Assembly (NCBI GenBank): GCA_048940925.1 | Contig: JBHLOC010000001.1 | Coordinates: forward strand, 160,001-224,000 | Direction: 5' to 3' | Length of the DNA: 64,000 nt | From: Promethearchaeota archaeon | GTDB lineage: Archaea; Asgardarchaeota; Lokiarchaeia; Sigyniarchaeales; SOKP01 | Part shown: positions 58,829 to 64,000 of the stretch, one piece after another | How positions within the stretch are numbered: the first letter of the stretch is position 1 | Layout of the letters: the number at the start of each line of letters is the position of its first letter | Translations under genes and position numbers: made by a program | Notes under the pieces: model-generated | The model's input: only the letters and a program-made list of their open reading frames with translations | Told to the model about the DNA's origin: nothing | Databases searched by the model: none

Positions 58829-59554
58829 TTGTTACACAATTTTTACTTGATTCATCAACACACAGGAATCTGTCTCATTCATAGGAAATATGGGACAATT
58901 GAGTTTAACCAAGACTTAGTAAGCGGTTTTCTAACTGCACTTAAAGATTTTTCAGTTGAATTCTCCAAGGGTTCAGGAGAATTAAAAGTTATAGATATGC
59001 AAGTATTTTATCTTCTGCTTGTTTTTAAGGAAGGTGTTTTATGTACAGCTGCAGCAGATAAAAATGATGATGCGAAGATCACTCATAAAGCTTTAACAGA
59101 CATAATTGACAAATTCATCGTTAAATTTGGAGATACTCTTAAGGAATGGTCTGGTGATGTTCGCATCTTTCGTGAATTCGAACAGGTGATTGATAATGTT
59201 TTAATTAATGGAAAGGTTGCTGAAATTAAGCTTACAATTCCAATTCTTAAAATATTCAAAAAAGACTTTCTTAAATCTCAGAAAAGGATTGCTAAAAAAG
59301 GTCTAGTTTTATCAGAGGAAGACTTGCGAGTAGTAAGTGAAAAGAAACCAGAATGGACATTAAAGAGATTACCAAAGCAGGTTATTACACAAGGATTTTT
59401 AGATGAAATAGAATATAAAATTGCCCATCTAGCTGATGGATTTCACACTATCCCTGAGATTGCTGAAGAGTCTGGTAAACCAGAATCACAAATTCAGAGA
59501 ATTATAAAAAATTTGGATGATTTAGATTTGATTTCTTATATTGAAATTAAATGA
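58829..59554 (+). CDS. Longin-like domain + C-terminal winged helix
   Basis: FYLIH..GICL..DLVSGFLTAL..F typical of Asgard longins; TIPEIAEESG..IKNL. Confidence 0.65.
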   Translation: MLHNFYLIHQHTGICLIHRKYGTIEFNQDLVSGFLTALKDFSVEFSKGSGELKVIDMQVFYLLLVFKEGVLCTAAADKNDDAKITHKALTDIIDKFIVKFGDTLKEWSGDVRIFREFEQVIDNVLINGKVAEIKLTIPILKIFKKDFLKSQKRIAKKGLVLSEEDLRVVSEKKPEWTLKRLPKQVITQGFLDEIEYKIAHLADGFHTIPEIAEESGKPESQIQRIIKNLDDLDLISYIEIK

Positions 59555-59713
59555 TAGTGAACTTATTCTTTAGGTTATAATTAATTTCAAAATTAGTTTT
59601 AAGTTGTTAATCAATTTTCCTTGTTCAAATAATTATAGCAAATAATTTAATAGTAAAACATTATAGAATTAAATAAAAATATTTTTGAGAGTAGGTTTAC
59701 TAAATAAATTAGG

Positions 59714-61186
59714 ATGAATGTTATTAAAATTGATGAAAATATATACGAGATTCCCCCAAAAGCTTTGATGACACGGATTCACGGCAACATTGAAAAATTT
59801 CAAATGAGAGTACCAGTAAGGATTTATGCTAATGACTATATTTTAGAAAAAATTAAGTTAGATCGTACTCTTGATCAAATTTGTAATGTTGCTTGTTTAG
59901 AAGGAATAAAAAAACATGCTATTGCATTATCAGATGCACATCAAGGGTATGGTTTTTGTATTGGAGGTGTTTGTGGTACAGAGGCAGGATCTGGTATGAT
60001 ATCACCTGGAGGTGTAGGATATGATATTAATTGTGGAGTTCGCCTTTTACGTACTAGTTTAATGTTTAAAGATATTAAAAATAACCTTCCAACCTTGATT
60101 AATACGATTTTTAAGAATATCCCTTCAGGTTTAGGATCTAAAGGTAAATTAAATATAAGCTATTCAGATTTAGATAAAGTTTTAAACGCGGGAGTTAACT
60201 GGGCATTAGATAATGACTATGCAATCGAAGAAGATATTAAATTTTTAGAAGAAAATGGATGTTTGAAAGATGCAGATGCTAGTTTAGTCTCCCAAAAAGC
60301 AAAACAACGCGCTATTAAACAATTAGGTTCCTTAGGAAGTGGGAATCATTTCATTGAAATTCAAAAAGTAGATAAGATTTATAATAATAATGTTGCCAAA
60401 AAGCTAGGAATCCTTGAGAACAATCAGATAACATTAATGGTTCATACAGGGAGTAGAGCTCTAGGTCATCAAGTTTGTACTGATAGTTTACGGAATATTG
60501 AGCAAGCAATGAAAAAGTATAAGATTAAAGTTCCAGATAGAGAACTAGCTTGTGTTCCAGCAGATACACCTGAGGCTCAGAGCTATTTAAAACAAATGGC
60601 TTGTGCTGCCAATTTTGGTTTTACTAATCGTCAGTTGATAACTCATTGGATAAGAGAATCATTTCAACGAATATTTAGTAATGATATTGATGCTTTAGGA
60701 CTTCATTTAATATATGGTGTTTGCCATAATATTTTAAAAATAGAGGAACACGAAATTGATGGCCAAAAGATGAAATTAAACATTCATCGTAAGGGTGCAA
60801 CTAGAGCTTTTCCGCCAGGTCATCCAGTACTACCCCCAGATTATAAAGAGATTGGTCAACCTGCTCTGATTCCTGGAACAATGGGCTCAGCCTCTTATTT
60901 ATGTGTAGGAAAACCAAAAGCAATGGATTTATCCTTTGGATCTACTGCGCATGGATCTGGTCGTTTAATGTCTAGAACAAAAGCAACTAAAAGATATTGG
61001 GGAGCTAAAGTAAAGGAAGATTTAGGAAATAAAGGCATTTTAATTAAAAGCGCATCAATGAAAGTTTTGGCCGAAGAGAGTCCTGGAGCTTATAAAGATA
61101 TTGATCAGGTAGTTCAGGTTAGTCATGATCTTGGAATTGTTGAAAAAATAGTAAAATTAGTACCTATCGGAGTTGTGAAAGGATAG
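59714..61186 (+). CDS. rtcB: tRNA-splicing ligase RtcB
   Basis: DAHQGYG, GYDINCGVR, GSGNHF, HTGSR, HN, HRKGATR, STAHGSGR. Confidence 0.97.
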   Translation: MNVIKIDENIYEIPPKALMTRIHGNIEKFQMRVPVRIYANDYILEKIKLDRTLDQICNVACLEGIKKHAIALSDAHQGYGFCIGGVCGTEAGSGMISPGGVGYDINCGVRLLRTSLMFKDIKNNLPTLINTIFKNIPSGLGSKGKLNISYSDLDKVLNAGVNWALDNDYAIEEDIKFLEENGCLKDADASLVSQKAKQRAIKQLGSLGSGNHFIEIQKVDKIYNNNVAKKLGILENNQITLMVHTGSRALGHQVCTDSLRNIEQAMKKYKIKVPDRELACVPADTPEAQSYLKQMACAANFGFTNRQLITHWIRESFQRIFSNDIDALGLHLIYGVCHNILKIEEHEIDGQKMKLNIHRKGATRAFPPGHPVLPPDYKEIGQPALIPGTMGSASYLCVGKPKAMDLSFGSTAHGSGRLMSRTKATKRYWGAKVKEDLGNKGILIKSASMKVLAEESPGAYKDIDQVVQVSHDLGIVEKIVKLVPIGVVKG

Positions 61187-61193
61187 CTAAATT

Positions 61194-61631
61194 TTAAATA
61201 TCAAAAACAACATCTATTTCAATTTTATTCTTTTTTTCTTCAATTTTCATCATATTATATGTGATAGCTTTTACTTCTGTCCCAACTTCATGCTTTTCAA
61301 TATTAAAGACTTCACCTTTGGCAATAGCTTCTAACTTATAATTATCATTTTTTTTATTAATTCTTTTTACTTTAACTGAACTAAATACTAATTCTTCTAC
61401 ATCAAAGATATAAAGAAATTCTGAGAGAAAATCAAAGAGTAATGCCTCCATGTCTTCTGATACAATTTCTATAATTTTTTTTTTTTTAGGAAGTATTAAT
61501 TTTAAATTAGGACTTATGGTTGTCATTAAACTATAAACTACTTGCTCAAAAGCTCCTTCTAAAGTTTTTGAATATGCCTTTATGTAAATATCCGCTGTAT
61601 GATCTAAGAATTTAAAGCCTTCTTCTTTCAT
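61194..61631 (-). CDS. Archease
   Basis: DHTAD, EVKAITY, VFDI; adjacent to rtcB. Confidence 0.94.
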   Translation of the reverse strand: MKEEGFKFLDHTADIYIKAYSKTLEGAFEQVVYSLMTTISPNLKLILPKKKKIIEIVSEDMEALLFDFLSEFLYIFDVEELVFSSVKVKRINKKNDNYKLEAIAKGEVFNIEKHEVGTEVKAITYNMMKIEEKKNKIEIDVVFDI

Positions 61632-61748
61632 CTTTTAAAAATATCATAATTAAAATTATTCTATATAGATGTTTATTAATTAATAATAAATTTATCAAAT
61701 TTTATAAATTCGGGGGAGTTTAAAAAAGAAAAATAAGATTAGTAGTTA

Positions 61749-62258
61749 ATGATTTACACCATTTATAGCGACTTTGTGTTTTATCAAGTTATTTCTTTTA
61801 TAAAAAAATATAAAAATGAGCAAATTTATCTATATTCTTATTTTTATGAACTGACTAAACGGAAACCAACTTTGATTATCTGTTTAAAAGATTTTATCTT
61901 TTTTTTTGTGAAACCCAAAGATTATTTCAAGTGTATAGACGTAAAAGATAAGATTAGACGGGAAACTAATTATAGGAGGAAGATTCAAATAATTAGTGAA
62001 GAGAAGGTATTTATTAAATTAATATTCAGATTATTTCCAGATTTGTATATTCATGATATAAAATTAGAATTAGATAAGGATTCAGGACGGAGAGAAATAA
62101 CCTTATATTTTTTAACATATAAAGAGAGAGGCGTAGCAATTGGAAGAGGTGGATCATATATTCGAATTATTAATGAATTGATTGAAAGATATATTATGTT
62201 TGAAAATGATAAAAAACCAATTGAAATTAAATGTAAAGCGATAAAAGCAGAGATTTGA
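61749..62258 (+). CDS. NusA-like KH-domain protein
   Basis: RGVAIGRGGSYI KH motif. Confidence 0.6.
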   Translation: MIYTIYSDFVFYQVISFIKKYKNEQIYLYSYFYELTKRKPTLIICLKDFIFFFVKPKDYFKCIDVKDKIRRETNYRRKIQIISEEKVFIKLIFRLFPDLYIHDIKLELDKDSGRREITLYFLTYKERGVAIGRGGSYIRIINELIERYIMFENDKKPIEIKCKAIKAEI

Positions 62259-62420
62259 AAGAATAAAATATTTCGTTGCTAAAACGAATTTATTATTTTT
62301 TAAAATTTACAAGATTCTAATTTTTTTTAATTTGATTATTTTTAATTTTTGAATTGAAGGAATTATCTTTAAATTAATTTAATATTAATAATTTTTGCTA
62401 AGATAACCTATTTAAATAAC

Positions 62421-63191
62421 TTACCAAGGAACATCTTTTAAATGAATCATATACGCTATAGTATTCGCGATAATACTTACTGCTGGAGTTAAAATTATTA
62501 AAAATGTTATAATAAAAAAATCAGGAAGTAGGAAAAGATATGGAGAAATAAATCCAGGGATTGAAATGAATAATAATGCACCCAAAGCAAAATCAAGCTG
62601 ATCCACAATCCAAAATGGAGCACCACTTTTGATATCAAATCTCCGTTTCAGAAAAGAACCAAATAAATCTCCCACTACTGCTCCATATGAAGAAAAAACT
62701 ATTCTAATAAACAAAACAAGGAAATTAAATGGGAAACTGCCTCCTATGAAATAATATTGAAAAATTTTGATATTGTCATAAAGGATATATTCACCTTGAT
62801 TAGATGCTAAAATAATAAGTTCTTTAATAGGGAGCCAACTAATAATGAAGAGAAAAAATATAAAAAATGATATTGGAATACCAATGTATAACGGACCCTT
62901 TAATCCGTTCCATGTTTTATGATCCCCCAAAATTCTCCTGCCATCTCTAAAATATCTTCCACCATCTATAGGTTTACCCCCACCAGTAATAACCATAGAA
63001 GCATTTGAAATATAAGCTGGAAAAATGGTTAAAAGACTAAATATTAAAAGAGATATCCAATCTGCCCATGAGAAAATAATTGAAATTATAATAAAATTTA
63101 TCAGAATTAAACAAGCAAAAATAATTGTTAAAACTATAGCAATTTTCTTGCTATTTTTTTCAGCTTTCAATACAGTATTACTAATTTTCAA
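62421..63191 (-). CDS. carS: CDP-archaeol synthase
   Basis: PAYISN, PIDGG..DGRRILGDHKTW, GDLFGSFLKRR, DQLDF. Confidence 0.92.
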   Translation of the reverse strand: MKISNTVLKAEKNSKKIAIVLTIIFACLILINFIIISIIFSWADWISLLIFSLLTIFPAYISNASMVITGGGKPIDGGRYFRDGRRILGDHKTWNGLKGPLYIGIPISFFIFFLFIISWLPIKELIILASNQGEYILYDNIKIFQYYFIGGSFPFNFLVLFIRIVFSSYGAVVGDLFGSFLKRRFDIKSGAPFWIVDQLDFALGALLFISIPGFISPYLFLLPDFFIITFLIILTPAVSIIANTIAYMIHLKDVPW

Positions 63192-63515
63192 TTTAATATA
63201 ATTCCATGTTACCAGTTTTTAAGATTAGAAAATTGAACAATTACCAAAATTTATAATTAAATTAATTCTTTTTTAATTGAAAATTTATTTAATAAGAAAT
63301 TAATAAATATTGCTTCATAAATAATATTCTTTTAAAATACCGACAATAATAATATAAATTATTGAAAAGATTTATCAAAATTAAATATTAAAGCTTTAAC
63401 ATTTTTTTAAGGATTAATAATTAATTTTATAAATCCGGTAGAAATAATACACATATTTCGATATTTCAATGTCAAGACTTTCTATAACAAATTCGTATCG
63501 TTGGTGTTATATTCG

Positions 63516-64000
63516 TTGAAAAATCATAATAACGACAATCAATTTAACATAGATAAATTTTATAAGAATTACCTCAAAGGACCACGAATATTTAGTAACC
63601 GGGACGCATTGGAATCATCTTATATTCCTGATACGTTACCTCATCGGGATGTTCAAATAAAGAATATTGCTGAAAAAACAGCCTGCGCTTTATTAGGAGA
63701 TACGCCACCATCATTTCTATGCTATGGACAGACAGGAACTGGGAAGACTGCAACCATACGATATGTAAGCCAAAAGCTAGCATATCAAAATGCAACGATT
63801 AAGCCATGGTGGATATATATTAACTGTAACATTGTATCAACTCCTTATCGTATTTTAGCTCATATTTACAATACTATCTCAAGATGTGAGAAGATTCCTC
63901 CTACAGGGCTTCCTAAAGATATAATATTCAAAAAATTATTAGGATTATTAGACTCCATTATTGGAAAATCAATTTGCTTTTTAGTTTTGGATGAAATTGA
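63516..64000 (+). CDS. cdc6: Orc1/Cdc6 replication initiator (5' part; runs off window)
   Basis: IFSNRDAL..YIPDTLPHRD, YGQTGTGKT, YINC, LVLDEI; TTG start after GGTG. Confidence 0.93.
   Translation, partial: MKNHNNDNQFNIDKFYKNYLKGPRIFSNRDALESSYIPDTLPHRDVQIKNIAEKTACALLGDTPPSFLCYGQTGTGKTATIRYVSQKLAYQNATIKPWWIYINCNIVSTPYRILAHIYNTISRCEKIPPTGLPKDIIFKKLLGLLDSIIGKSICFLVLDEI

Noticed and set aside
59755-59805. Short N-terminal insertion in RtcB considered as an autoregulatory intron
   Set aside because: In frame, no stop and no convincing BHB by eye
1-64000. CRISPR arrays, rRNA genes, transposases/integrases
   Set aside because: No spaced direct-repeat arrays, long GC-rich RNA genes or recombinase motifs were seen; the tRNAs show no duplicated att-like 3' ends that I could find

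Overview
This is an AT-rich archaeal chromosomal window, most consistent with an Asgard (Lokiarchaeia-like) archaeon; the assignment rests on profilin-like, longin-like and Rab-like proteins alongside archaeal housekeeping genes. Housekeeping content: the proteasome/exosome superoperon (psmA-SBDS-rrp4-rrp41-rrp42-rpl37ae-pcc1-pfdB-DHH-ECF), four tRNAs (three with introns, one of them in the T-loop), tfb, rpl2, gatDE, elp3, pyrDK, nop5-fibrillarin, rnhB, mat, hypB, Lsm, elf1, pelota, rtcB/archease, carS and the start of cdc6. Main unexplained structure: (1) two protein-coding genes (elp3, rnhB) interrupted at conserved motifs by 30-31 nt bulge-helix-bulge (BHB, tRNA-type) introns; (2) two copies of an unannotated cassette encoding a 10-aa peptide M[WF][KR]GDxGPxP followed by a conserved hairpin; (3) a candidate actin/membrane module (BAR-like gene, coiled-coil/polyproline gene, unannotated 51-aa WH2-like peptide); (4) an 8-gene operon with a degenerate SMC-like protein, a kite-like protein and an AAA ATPase; (5) several genes that appear to start at NUA codons. 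All calls were made by eye from motifs; no database searches were run.
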